From a virus, in the IMG/VR virus record IMGVR_UViG_3300035034_001213, positions 9,034-73,033 of that record: DNA of 64,000 nt. One strand, written 5' to 3'. Below the pieces are notes generated by a model. The model did not search any database. It was not told where the DNA came from and saw only the letters and a program-made list of their open reading frames with translations. Below, one piece after another: positions 47,325 to 56,533 of the stretch (positions within the stretch are counted from its first letter, which is position 1; every line of letters starts with the position of its first letter). The translations under genes and the position numbers were made by a program.

Positions 47325-48409
47325 GAAGCACGCCGCTCCCAGTTAAACTCTTCACGCATCTCCCTTGCGGTTGAAATACAGTGTTCGGAGTCGGTAATGG
47401 TCATCACTTTCTGGACTCCCCGCTCAGCGCACTTGGCAATGAACTCACACCCGTCACAGATGCCGTTGGTTTGCGCCAACGACAGACACTCGATCATACC
47501 GTCCTCTTCTTGACGAAAGATGTTCTCGAAGGTCCAGGGACCGTCCACTCGATGCTCCGGTTCAAAGGAGGAGAAGGCTTCCACAATGAACGGAGGCACA
47601 AACATCTCACCGTTGCGGTACACCACGTCCCAGTCTTCCCCTTCGTTCATCTGCAACTCAACGATTTCGAAATGTTCCTGACGCTCGTTCGCAGCCATCC
47701 GTGACTGGATAAGCAACCGGTTTAGGTGTTCAAGACTGGACAGGAAATTTTCTTGATTGACGGGATCTCTGAGGCTCTCTCGACCGTGAGGAAGAATGAA
47801 ATCGCTGTGCGACGTCGGATGGAGATTGACGTGGTACGCTCGAGTAAGGATGTCCTTAGTCAGAGTGAAGCCGCGTTTATGATCGTTGGCGATCGACTCC
47901 TCAAAGTTAACGACGCTGTAGACTCGAGTGATCTTAACGGTACTTAAGCAGCTTTCGAAATACGCCACCCTGTTACGAATGCCTTCGATGTACGCTGGGT
48001 TGTCAATGTGACGCACCTCAAACGGCACCGTAAACTTCAGAAGACCGTTAGGAATCAACGCTTCGACTTGTTCCGCCAACTTTTCATAGACCTCAGGTTT
48101 CGGATCTAGGAACGCACAGTTCAAGGTGGTCTTGAGAAACCGCTGAGCAATCTGCTTGATCCTCGGGTGTTCCAAGATCAAGTTTTTGTTCTCGGAGCTG
48201 AGGATGTCTGTGGGACCCAAGATAAAGTTGAGGACCTCCAACTCAGCGGTTTCAAAGGTATCGATCATTCGATCAATGCGATCAAACTCTTCAAGGGTTG
48301 GGAATCGATTGTCTTCTTTCTCAACCATACATCCCGAACAATTGTGTCGACAGCCACTTGCGATTTCCATAGTGAAGTCGATTAACTTATTAACTTGTGA
48401 CTTGTGCAT
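47321..48409 (-). CDS. Divergent radical SAM protein with a C-terminal Cys cluster
   Basis: CRHNCSGC (CxxxCxxC); C-terminal CDGC..KC..C; no GGE motif. Start moved to ATG 48409. Confidence 0.75.
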   Translation of the reverse strand: MHKSQVNKLIDFTMEIASGCRHNCSGCMVEKEDNRFPTLEEFDRIDRMIDTFETAELEVLNFILGPTDILSSENKNLILEHPRIKQIAQRFLKTTLNCAFLDPKPEVYEKLAEQVEALIPNGLLKFTVPFEVRHIDNPAYIEGIRNRVAYFESCLSTVKITRVYSVVNFEESIANDHKRGFTLTKDILTRAYHVNLHPTSHSDFILPHGRESLRDPVNQENFLSSLEHLNRLLIQSRMAANERQEHFEIVELQMNEGEDWDVVYRNGEMFVPPFIVEAFSSFEPEHRVDGPWTFENIFRQEEDGMIECLSLAQTNGICDGCEFIAKCAERGVQKVMTITDSEHCISTAREMREEFNWERRAS

Positions 48410-48413
48410 AATT

Positions 48414-49469
48414 TCACCAACTGCATTTATAGCTGAGTTTACCGAGCACCGACAAACACTCATGCGTTCCTAATAACCTCTGTACTCGATGTACCCCTCG
48501 AGTTGCGCACTTGCTGACAAACCGACACCGAGAACATTCGTTAGATTCACCAGCACGGGTGATGGATTCGAAAAAGGTCTCTTGATCGGCCTGTTGGATC
48601 TTGTCAAGTGTCCAGGGTTTCTTGAATTTGAAGTCGTCGTGAAAAATGGTGATCGGACTGTTAATAAGGGGGGCTATATACAGGTCGCCATTGCGATACG
48701 CCAGATGATAATCGCACCCAACGTGCTCACCCAGATCGTCGATCTTAAACTCGTACCCTTTGTCCACCTGATTGGCAAACATTTCGTTTTGCTTCAAGAT
48801 GGTTCTTAAGAACTCTTCTCGGTCTTCGTTAACCGACAGGTCACGGCGGCCGTAATGAAACACAAACGTGGTGGTGTCTGACTTTTCAAACAACTCGATG
48901 TGTCGGGTCTTATGGAGCGTCTCTTCACTGACAACGCCTTTGTCCATCAGCGACTCGGTCATATTCACGATCGCGGTAACACTCCCGATCCCCACCGACT
49001 TCAGATTTTCATTCAACCAGTTGATGCGACCCCGGAGCTTTTCAACGTACCCCAAGTTGTCGTGATGCTTTAATTCGAAGGGTACCAGAAACTCCGCGTT
49101 CAACCCTGGCATAAACGCCTCGAGCTCTTCAGCAAACTGAACGTACGCGTCCGGATCGGGGTTCAAGAAGGAGCAGTTGAACACCACCGACTTAAACCCT
49201 TTTAACATCTTTCGAACCGCAGGGTGAGTTAATACGTCTTGTCGATTGCTGGCGGACATGATGTCTACCGGTGCAAACTCCATCCAAGACATCTCCCATC
49301 CACGACTGCGTACGTCGTCAATAATCTCACTGAGCGCTGCGAGATCGGCTTCTGTGTATGGGGTAATGTCTTTGGTGTTAACGCTGCACCCAGAACACCC
49401 GTAGTCACAGTCTTTTAACAACTCCAGCGCTAGATTGCCGATGTTGTCCCCTCGAACCATGGTTGTCAT
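48414..49469 (-). CDS. Divergent radical SAM protein, paralog of 47321-48409
   Basis: CDYGCSGC; C-terminal CSRC..KC..C; shares (C)xFLxP.P..Y and VPFE motifs with its neighbour. Confidence 0.75.
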   Translation of the reverse strand: MTTMVRGDNIGNLALELLKDCDYGCSGCSVNTKDITPYTEADLAALSEIIDDVRSRGWEMSWMEFAPVDIMSASNRQDVLTHPAVRKMLKGFKSVVFNCSFLNPDPDAYVQFAEELEAFMPGLNAEFLVPFELKHHDNLGYVEKLRGRINWLNENLKSVGIGSVTAIVNMTESLMDKGVVSEETLHKTRHIELFEKSDTTTFVFHYGRRDLSVNEDREEFLRTILKQNEMFANQVDKGYEFKIDDLGEHVGCDYHLAYRNGDLYIAPLINSPITIFHDDFKFKKPWTLDKIQQADQETFFESITRAGESNECSRCRFVSKCATRGVHRVQRLLGTHECLSVLGKLSYKCSW

Positions 49470-50422
49470 TGCGATTCAGCCCATTTTAACAAATGTAGAA
49501 ACCCGTTGCACGAGTGCGTCGTATCGGTGACTTTACGAAGATGTTCAGACAAACACTTACCGGCGTAGTCACATTCCGAACACTTGGAATCAAGTACCTT
49601 GAGCTTCTCTCCTGCACACCAACCAAAGTATTCCTCGATACTGTCCAACTCCAAAAAGTATTCGTTGTCTTGTTCATCAAAGTCCAAGACGCCGAACTTC
49701 CCAGTTGGGGTGATGTAGACGTGGTCGTCGGAGAACGAATGTCCCCGACCTTCCAAACAATCTTGTATGTTCAACGCGTTCACAAAATCAAACTTCATCT
49801 TATCTTGGCGCTTGTACAACACCTTGATAAACGCCTCGTAGTCGTGATAACTCACCGGCAGTTGATTGGCTTGATTAGGACTGTACGGCTTGATCTCTAC
49901 CGACGTGAGATTTGACAACAGGTTTAACGTGTTGATGATCTCATCTGGGTCTTTCGCCATTACTTCGGGAGTAGCCAACATCAAAATCGAAAAGTCGCGT
50001 TCCATTTTTAACATCTGCTGAAAGACGTGGTCGTGCTTTTCTCGAGCCTCAAAGTCGTAGCTCACTGAGATGCCCCAGCTCACGTCGTGGACCGCAGGAT
50101 TGTTCATGGATAGATTGGTGATGATGTTAAGATCGTCAATCCCACGATCGTGTAACCCGTCCTTCAGTGCGCCGATGTATTCCGGTGGCAACAACAAAGG
50201 TTCGCCACCGTACAGATCCACCATCTCTACCTTCCGGTGAATCATTACCTCATCGATCCGATCAAACAACCGATGCAACGTCAAGCGCTTCTTGTCGCCG
50301 AGTTGTTCTGACGTGAGATAACAAAACCCACATCGGAAATTACAGAAGTACGAAGGATTAATGCTAAGATTAATCGGAATCTCAGGTAACGTCAAAGAGT
50401 TTGAGTTCATCGTTACTCTCAT
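49466..50422 (-). CDS. Radical SAM protein with a C-terminal Cys cluster
   Basis: CNFRCGFC, YGGEP, TNLS; C-terminal CSEC..C..C. Confidence 0.9.
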   Translation of the reverse strand: MRVTMNSNSLTLPEIPINLSINPSYFCNFRCGFCYLTSEQLGDKKRLTLHRLFDRIDEVMIHRKVEMVDLYGGEPLLLPPEYIGALKDGLHDRGIDDLNIITNLSMNNPAVHDVSWGISVSYDFEAREKHDHVFQQMLKMERDFSILMLATPEVMAKDPDEIINTLNLLSNLTSVEIKPYSPNQANQLPVSYHDYEAFIKVLYKRQDKMKFDFVNALNIQDCLEGRGHSFSDDHVYITPTGKFGVLDFDEQDNEYFLELDSIEEYFGWCAGEKLKVLDSKCSECDYAGKCLSEHLRKVTDTTHSCNGFLHLLKWAESQ

Positions 50423-51479
50423 CTACGTAGGGGGTGGGAATCAATTGCCCAGTCAATCCATTGGCCTCGATGATCTCTGGGGCAAGAGCTTTCATCTTAC
50501 GACAGTGCTCTTCAACACGACCTGTCTTTTTAGCGTCGCGTATGCTCTTCTTACACCCATTGCATATAGAGAACATTGGACAGAAGAAACAGTCTTTCTT
50601 CAGACTTTGCAGTTCATAGACTTGAAGCGGCAGTTTCATCTCCCCTTCCATCTCCTCGTTAAAGTCGATGGGGTATTCTCGATCGTCCCCAAACGACCCA
50701 CAAGAATAATAGCCACCATTGGGTTGCATGGTGCGAATACCAGAGTCGCAGTTACGAGACAAAGGACAAGCGTCAGAACCTTTGGCTAAAACTTGAAGCA
50801 TCTGCTTAGTGCTGTACTCCCAGGGTGCCAGACCTTCCCGCCACACCGCCAAATACGCTTTGTACATATCGGCGACTAAGAAATGTTGATCTTCACTGCC
50901 CATGGTGCCTTTACGGGTTTGTATTACCGGACCCGAAGCGTTGGTGTAGTTGATCTTACATTCCACATCCATCGCTTTGGCTAAACGTACTGTCTTCACC
51001 ACATCGTCGACGTTCGTTTCATCGATTACTGAGATGAACGATGGGCGATACCCCACCAGCTCCAACATGAGGTCTGAGACGGCCCAGAACTCCTCTTCGG
51101 TGAAAGGGGTATAATCACCCTTCAAACGCTTGTTACCGTACTGGAAGCTCGTAGCAACGCCCACACGAGGGTGTTTGAACAACTCCAGCCACATCTGAGG
51201 TTTCTTGTAGAACGGCCAGAGGTTGGTCGTCAGTGAAATGGACGTGTGGGGCATATCCAACTCATCCAGAATCTCAATCATTTCCCAGTAGTACGACACG
51301 GGCATCATAAGGGGATCGCCGCCGTTGATGATGATCGTATCGGTTTGTGGGAATCGTTGAAGAAACCGTTTGATGTCCGGAAGCTCAACGATGTCGTTGC
51401 TGTCCTCAGCGATGTCGGTGCTTGAGCAGAAGGTGCACTTAAAGTTACACTTCTCAGTTGGCTTAATTATCAAATCGAT
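50382..51479 (-). CDS. Radical SAM/SPASM-domain protein
   Basis: KPTEKCNFKCTFC, NGGDP; SPASM-like CPLSRNC..C..CFFC..CNGC..C. Start is either ATC 51479 or TTG 51473. Confidence 0.9.
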   Translation of the reverse strand: MDLIIKPTEKCNFKCTFCSSTDIAEDSNDIVELPDIKRFLQRFPQTDTIIINGGDPLMMPVSYYWEMIEILDELDMPHTSISLTTNLWPFYKKPQMWLELFKHPRVGVATSFQYGNKRLKGDYTPFTEEEFWAVSDLMLELVGYRPSFISVIDETNVDDVVKTVRLAKAMDVECKINYTNASGPVIQTRKGTMGSEDQHFLVADMYKAYLAVWREGLAPWEYSTKQMLQVLAKGSDACPLSRNCDSGIRTMQPNGGYYSCGSFGDDREYPIDFNEEMEGEMKLPLQVYELQSLKKDCFFCPMFSICNGCKKSIRDAKKTGRVEEHCRKMKALAPEIIEANGLTGQLIPTPYVDESNDELKLFDVT

Positions 51480-51510
51480 TTTACTACCCTCCTAGCCGTT
51501 AAGGGCTCGT

Positions 51511-52569
51511 TTAAACATTCATGGCAGGAATGCGTTTATCCGGTCCTTCGACGACCGAGTCAATGTACCGATGCGTGACTTTGTAGACACACTCATCCAT
51601 CTCTTCCCGGAACCGGTAATTGTGTTGCATGAAACAACCCAACTCACAACGCTGGAAATACTCACAGGTCAAGCACCCATATTTCTCCATGAAGTGCTCT
51701 TCAATCGCCGAGTTGTCGGTTTTGTCCAACGGCACCTCGTAAATCTCTTCCGCCACCTTGGGATCGATCAGATTACCGCAGCCGCACGTGGTCCCGTCTT
51801 CTAAGACCAGTTTACTCGACCGACACGACAGTGCCGAAGGCTGACGTCTTAACCACCCGGCGACCGGCTCACAGTTCGGGTAGTGGTCAATCAAAAACTT
51901 GAACATGCGTAACAAGTCATGATCGCTTGGGGCTGCGTTGGTTTTCTCATCCGGCATGAGGTAATCGAAGTACAACTTAAACCCTTGATCGTACGCCCAA
52001 CTAAAGAACTCGTCTTGGTCTTTGACGAAGTGTTCGATGTTTTGCTTGGTCATCAAAAGACTGACGCTTCGAACCACGCGCGGTCCATAGTAAGCCAGGT
52101 TCTTCTTGAAGATCTCTAACTGCGCTCGATTGAATCTTCCTTTTGGATCGTAGGACACCGTCACTGTGGTGCTTCCGCCCAAGGTTCTTGCTCTTTCTAA
52201 GAAGTCGTCCAGTAGCGGGCGGTCCTCCGTGACCAGATTTGTCACCCAGTTCAACGTCACCGCTATGTTCTTCGCCCGACATTGATCGATAATCGCTTCA
52301 CTGAACCGAACGTAGGTGTCGGCCAATTCGGGGGTAAAGACCTCTGGTGCAAAGACCTCACCCCCCATAATGTTAAACACCACTTTGCGTTTGGTTTCTT
52401 TTTGCAGAAGCGCTTCAACAGAAGAGAGCTTGCCCATGACATCATCGACCCCCACTAAGGAGTCGTGATCCTGCCAACAGAAACTGCATGACAGGTTACA
52501 GTAGGTGAACAGATGTAACGTGTACTCCTGCTCTTCATCGCGCTTGTTCTGTAAAAAGACGTCCATCAT
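51511..52569 (-). CDS. Radical SAM/SPASM-like protein
   Basis: CNLSCSFC, MGGEV; C-terminal C..CGC..CLTC..CELGC..C. Confidence 0.9.
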   Translation of the reverse strand: MMDVFLQNKRDEEQEYTLHLFTYCNLSCSFCWQDHDSLVGVDDVMGKLSSVEALLQKETKRKVVFNIMGGEVFAPEVFTPELADTYVRFSEAIIDQCRAKNIAVTLNWVTNLVTEDRPLLDDFLERARTLGGSTTVTVSYDPKGRFNRAQLEIFKKNLAYYGPRVVRSVSLLMTKQNIEHFVKDQDEFFSWAYDQGFKLYFDYLMPDEKTNAAPSDHDLLRMFKFLIDHYPNCEPVAGWLRRQPSALSCRSSKLVLEDGTTCGCGNLIDPKVAEEIYEVPLDKTDNSAIEEHFMEKYGCLTCEYFQRCELGCFMQHNYRFREEMDECVYKVTHRYIDSVVEGPDKRIPAMNV

Positions 52570-53582
52570 AATTCAAAGCCTTTACAGTCCTCCGCTGTCA
52601 ACGTCACGGCCCAATGGATCACGTGGACTTTGAGTTTGTCCATGTCGGCCCAGTCGAGGTAGTCCGTGTGTTCGGTGCTTGTGCGGAGCATGGAAATGAA
52701 TTGAGTCACCACTTCGTCATCGCTCAAAGGCGCTAACGTGTCGATGATCTTCAACTTGGCGCGTTCGCCTGCGATTTGCGTTTTCTCGATCTGAACTTCC
52801 TGATCCAGATACACCGCCATGTCTCGCAGCACCGCCTCTTGAGCCGGTTCTTTTAAACGAGTGATGCGAAGACTCAGGTTCGGGTCGTTCAAAAAATTGA
52901 GTCTGGGTATCTTACGCAGTATGTCGAAATCACCCAGGTACTTAGCAGCGGTGTATCCGTACTTCTTCTGCATGTTCTCAGAAAAGAACAGAGACACCAG
53001 GTTCCGCTGTATCTCATCGATGTGATTGTGCATCGATCGTAACGCAAATACTCGAATCGGATCGGCTAAGTTCGCACGTTTGTTCCCAGACAAATGGTCC
53101 AAGAGTTTGTATTCCAACGACACTCGTTCTGGCATGTCTCGAACCAAAGCCCTCAGTTCTGGATCTTGCTCCACGATTGAGAGACCAACCAACGTTTCTT
53201 TCAGCACGTCGGTCTTTGGCAGCGGTACGCCTTGAGTGCTGAGTGACAGAAACTCCAGATTCAGTAGCTGAAGCAATTGTTCTGAACTGGCGTTTGGAAA
53301 CAACGCTTTGAGCCACTTAGCCACTAATTGCCCGTAGGACTCGACACTGGTGTAGATAACTACCTTCTTGTCACCCAGTCCTTTGTACTTAGCAATCAGA
53401 TCGGAGAAACCGCTTTTAACGAATTTCTCTTCGTCAGGCTCCACCCCCATGACAAAGGGACCAGAGATTAAAGTTTCATCAAAATTCTCACCTAAGGCCT
53501 TTGAAGCCAGGAAGAACGTGTTCTGCTCGTCTTTGAGTACGTCCACACCTAGGTAGATGCGATTAAACAAATGATACATCAC
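52566..53582 (-). CDS. Hypothetical protein in the radical SAM cluster
   Basis: 338 aa, coupled by ATGA overlaps. Confidence 0.75.
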   Translation of the reverse strand: MMYHLFNRIYLGVDVLKDEQNTFFLASKALGENFDETLISGPFVMGVEPDEEKFVKSGFSDLIAKYKGLGDKKVVIYTSVESYGQLVAKWLKALFPNASSEQLLQLLNLEFLSLSTQGVPLPKTDVLKETLVGLSIVEQDPELRALVRDMPERVSLEYKLLDHLSGNKRANLADPIRVFALRSMHNHIDEIQRNLVSLFFSENMQKKYGYTAAKYLGDFDILRKIPRLNFLNDPNLSLRITRLKEPAQEAVLRDMAVYLDQEVQIEKTQIAGERAKLKIIDTLAPLSDDEVVTQFISMLRTSTEHTDYLDWADMDKLKVHVIHWAVTLTAEDCKGFEL

Positions 53583-54304
53583 GTTTCCTTAAGCGACTCT
53601 TGCTGTTTTTGTAAGACTGCAACCGCCGACTGAAATTCATCGTCGGATATCATGTGGCCGTCGGCCAGTGCCGTCGTTAACACGTGCACGTCGTTCTCAG
53701 GAATTGACCAGTATGCGAACAGGTTCTTACCTTTGAACATGTAGTCGTTGAAGTACTTGGTGTAGTTCTTGACCAAGTTCTCACTGATTACGTTCATTGT
53801 CAATGGAAACAATGGGTTGTCGAACAAATGTACGAAGTTGATGCCTTTTGTATCAGCGGTTTCATCTAGGGGGAAGTGCTCCACCACCGATGAGATTGTT
53901 TCATCGTTGATCGTGGTCATCATGTACAGACTCATGGAGTCGATCAACGACAACCATTTACCAAGGATCTCGGTGTGGTCTTTGATCCACTTATCCGTAA
54001 TCCAATTGCATTCAGCAATGCCTTTGATGTGCAAGATGACCTCAAGCACCATGGTCTCAAGGGTTGGGCATTTCAGCAACGTTGGTAGTGTGAGGTAGGC
54101 TTCAAGTACGTCCCACGCTTCGTCGCCATTGAACGTGACGTCCACTGGGAGTTCCAAGTTACTTAGATACACCAACGCTTGATACGGACTGACCCTTTCT
54201 CGGGAAGCGCTAAGATCAACCAAAAGCGAGACTTCTTTATCGCCAATGATTTCTCTGAGAGTTTCAACCGGAATAGGCACGGTGGTTTCTATTACTCTAC
54301 TCAT
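53579..54304 (-). CDS. Hypothetical protein in the radical SAM cluster
   Basis: 241 aa; start overlaps the stop of the precursor-like gene. Confidence 0.75.
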   Translation of the reverse strand: MSRVIETTVPIPVETLREIIGDKEVSLLVDLSASRERVSPYQALVYLSNLELPVDVTFNGDEAWDVLEAYLTLPTLLKCPTLETMVLEVILHIKGIAECNWITDKWIKDHTEILGKWLSLIDSMSLYMMTTINDETISSVVEHFPLDETADTKGINFVHLFDNPLFPLTMNVISENLVKNYTKYFNDYMFKGKNLFAYWSIPENDVHVLTTALADGHMISDDEFQSAVAVLQKQQESLKET

Positions 54305-54855
54305 TATCGCCGACCTCTTGAGTTATGGCACCGAGAGTGACATCGAGTGTGACAGACATCTCGAGTTAATAACGTAGCCCCTCCCCGAGCGAATGCTAAA
54401 TAGTTGTTTCTTAGAGACTCGATGAAGTCATACGTATCCGATTGATCAACGTCGTTTCCGGCGATAACGGTGGTTATATCCGGAAATCCAGTGTCGGCAG
54501 CGTATTGAGGGGCCAAATGAGCCACCGCTGTGACGTTGTAAATCAATCTTTTGCTGTTGTTGTAATACCCAGATCGGGTTCGATAAATAGTGATCTGCGT
54601 GTTACGAACATTGAAATACCCTTGTGCAACCCCGATCAAACTGCTCCTACATCTCAATGCGTCCAATTCCCCATCGGTGCCTCGTATTGAAGCATATGAA
54701 GGCATCGTGTAATCGCCACCAGTGCTTCCACCAAACCATCCCAGAAGGGAACCGGAAGGGTAATTGTTGGTGCCCCACGAAATACCACTTCTTTGCAGCT
54801 CTCTTACCCGGGTTAGAAACCGGTTGTAGACGTCGTATACCCTAATGTCAGCCAT
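54304..54855 (-). CDS. Putative radical SAM substrate (RiPP-precursor-like or virion protein) with a C-terminal CHxx repeat
   Basis: Ends in VCHTRCHSRCHNSRGRR*; flanked by radical SAM genes. Confidence 0.65.
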   Translation of the reverse strand: MADIRVYDVYNRFLTRVRELQRSGISWGTNNYPSGSLLGWFGGSTGGDYTMPSYASIRGTDGELDALRCRSSLIGVAQGYFNVRNTQITIYRTRSGYYNNSKRLIYNVTAVAHLAPQYAADTGFPDITTVIAGNDVDQSDTYDFIESLRNNYLAFARGGATLLTRDVCHTRCHSRCHNSRGRR

Positions 54856-54901
54856 GTCAAGCTTCCTATATATTTAAATGTCCATACGATCTAACGTTCC
54901 T

Positions 54902-55963
54902 CTATCCCACGTTCAAAGCAGGGATGATCTCTGTCTCTCCGTACTTAAAATGAGAGAGTAACATTCTCAATCCAGGACACGAATTTCCTTGCCAAACAAG
55001 TCGATGACAGTCTCCACCACACACATCGAGTAGGTGACAACTTAAACAATTGGGGTTTAAGTCCAGTTCCTTGGTGATGCGGTCCATTCTACCTTCGCTG
55101 GTTAGGAACTCTTCCACGGTGTCGTCCAAGGTACCGTTGGCTTCGACTTGTGCGCCGTTAGCACATCCACCAATACTGCCTGCCCCATCGATAGTGAACA
55201 AGTTCTGTTCGCAGTCCCGACAGTTGGTGTCAACTCTATAATTGTTGGTAGTGAACTTGGTTTCTATGGTGTCTAGCGTACCGATCTGGTAATTCGGCTT
55301 TAGCCGTTTGTAGGCAAAGTACAAGTCGTAATAGAACTTATCGACCGCCCGGTTGTCTGGGAACATGTGAGGGTTGTCTACCGCGTTACCGTCTGAGGTC
55401 AAGCGTTCTACAGCGATCTCAGTCACCCCAAAGGTGTCCCACAGTTTAATCAACTCGTCCACGTCGTAGTTCAAGATCTGATCGGTGACGGTCACAAACA
55501 TCTTGACCTCGATGTTGAGGTCGTTCATGGTCTTCAAGTTACCCAGCCATTGATTGTACATGCGCTCGGTTTTGAAACGGTACACCGGGTCCCAACTCGT
55601 GCCGATCAAACTCCCCATGATCTTTTCAAAGAAATGAAGGTGTTTGTCGGTCAGCTTGTAAATCAGATTGGTGGTGGCCCCAATGGTAATGTCTTCCCAT
55701 ACTTCTTCGCCGACCAGACGTTCCACTTCCAACGCGAATTCCCAGTGCTCGTGGATGGGTCGTAGAAAGGGTTCGCCCCCGTGGAGTTCCAGATGTACGT
55801 GCTCGCCTGGAAACCGTAAAGCCAGATCACTGACCCACCGTGCCACCTTTCTCGGGTCCCAGGCCGTCTTAGCGCCCTTAGAGCCGGAGGTAAAACAATG
55901 ATCGCAATCTAGGTTGCATGTGTCGGTTGGTTTAACGTAAACAACCTTAGTCATAATTTCCAC
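54902..55963 (-). CDS. Radical SAM/SPASM peptide-maturase-like protein
   Basis: KPTDTCNLDCDHC, HGGEP; SPASM CRDC..GC..CLSC..CGGDC..C. Confidence 0.92.
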   Translation of the reverse strand: MEIMTKVVYVKPTDTCNLDCDHCFTSGSKGAKTAWDPRKVARWVSDLALRFPGEHVHLELHGGEPFLRPIHEHWEFALEVERLVGEEVWEDITIGATTNLIYKLTDKHLHFFEKIMGSLIGTSWDPVYRFKTERMYNQWLGNLKTMNDLNIEVKMFVTVTDQILNYDVDELIKLWDTFGVTEIAVERLTSDGNAVDNPHMFPDNRAVDKFYYDLYFAYKRLKPNYQIGTLDTIETKFTTNNYRVDTNCRDCEQNLFTIDGAGSIGGCANGAQVEANGTLDDTVEEFLTSEGRMDRITKELDLNPNCLSCHLLDVCGGDCHRLVWQGNSCPGLRMLLSHFKYGETEIIPALNVG

Positions 55964-56433
55964 CTATCCTCAAGGAAGCGCTCATTACCAAAGCTGATCA
56001 TGATGCTCTCCTCGATGTTAACGCCTCGATGTGGGGTGCCTGCTGGTACCCAAACCCCTGGGTTGTCGGCATTCAACGTAATCACTTCCCCATCGATCTC
56101 AATGGTCTTCGTCCCCCACATCCATTTTAAATAAATGTCGTAAGGGTCTTCGTGTCGGACAAAGCTTGGGCCGTTTGCAGGTGCCCAGAACAGATGAGCG
56201 TTGCAAGGACCGTTATGATCGGCTTCTCGTTTCACGTTCAGGGTTTCAAGGTAGACCCACTCAAACACCTTTTCCAATTCTTCGATCTTAATCGTCTTAA
56301 GTTTATTGTCAAAGGCTTCGGCCATGGACTCCACTGGACGAATCATGTGGTCTTCGTCGATTCTGGAAACCATTCCCTCCAGATATAAATCTGGAAACGT
56401 GAGCAGCATTTCCACTTTGTCTTTGAAATCCAT
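55951..56433 (-). CDS. JmjC/cupin-like oxygenase (ROX/YcfD-like fragment)
   Basis: SFVRHEDPYD (HxD) ... GTK ... VPAGTPHRG; GAGGAG RBS. Confidence 0.75.
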   Translation of the reverse strand: MDFKDKVEMLLTFPDLYLEGMVSRIDEDHMIRPVESMAEAFDNKLKTIKIEELEKVFEWVYLETLNVKREADHNGPCNAHLFWAPANGPSFVRHEDPYDIYLKWMWGTKTIEIDGEVITLNADNPGVWVPAGTPHRGVNIEESIMISFGNERFLEDRWKL

Positions 56434-56490
56434 GCACCATTCTCCTCAATTATCTCATATGGTGAGAGACTGACGTATTGCTTTACACGG

Positions 56491-56523
56491 AAAAAAGAGA
56501 GAGGACCCGAAGGACCTCTCTCT
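56491..56523 (-). terminator. Rho-independent terminator between the tail fibre gene and the modification cluster
   Basis: Minus strand reads AGAGAGAGGTCC-TTCG-GGTCCTCTCTCT-TTTTT. Confidence 0.85.
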
Positions 56524-56533
56524 GGTTATAGAC

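Noticed and set aside
40089-56433. Host chromosomal contamination or misassembly explaining the enzyme cluster
   Set aside because: The genes are compact, co-oriented with and interleaved among phage fibre genes, and bounded by the same AGAG(G/A)AGG-UUCG terminator family used elsewhere in the window. Read coverage should still be checked.
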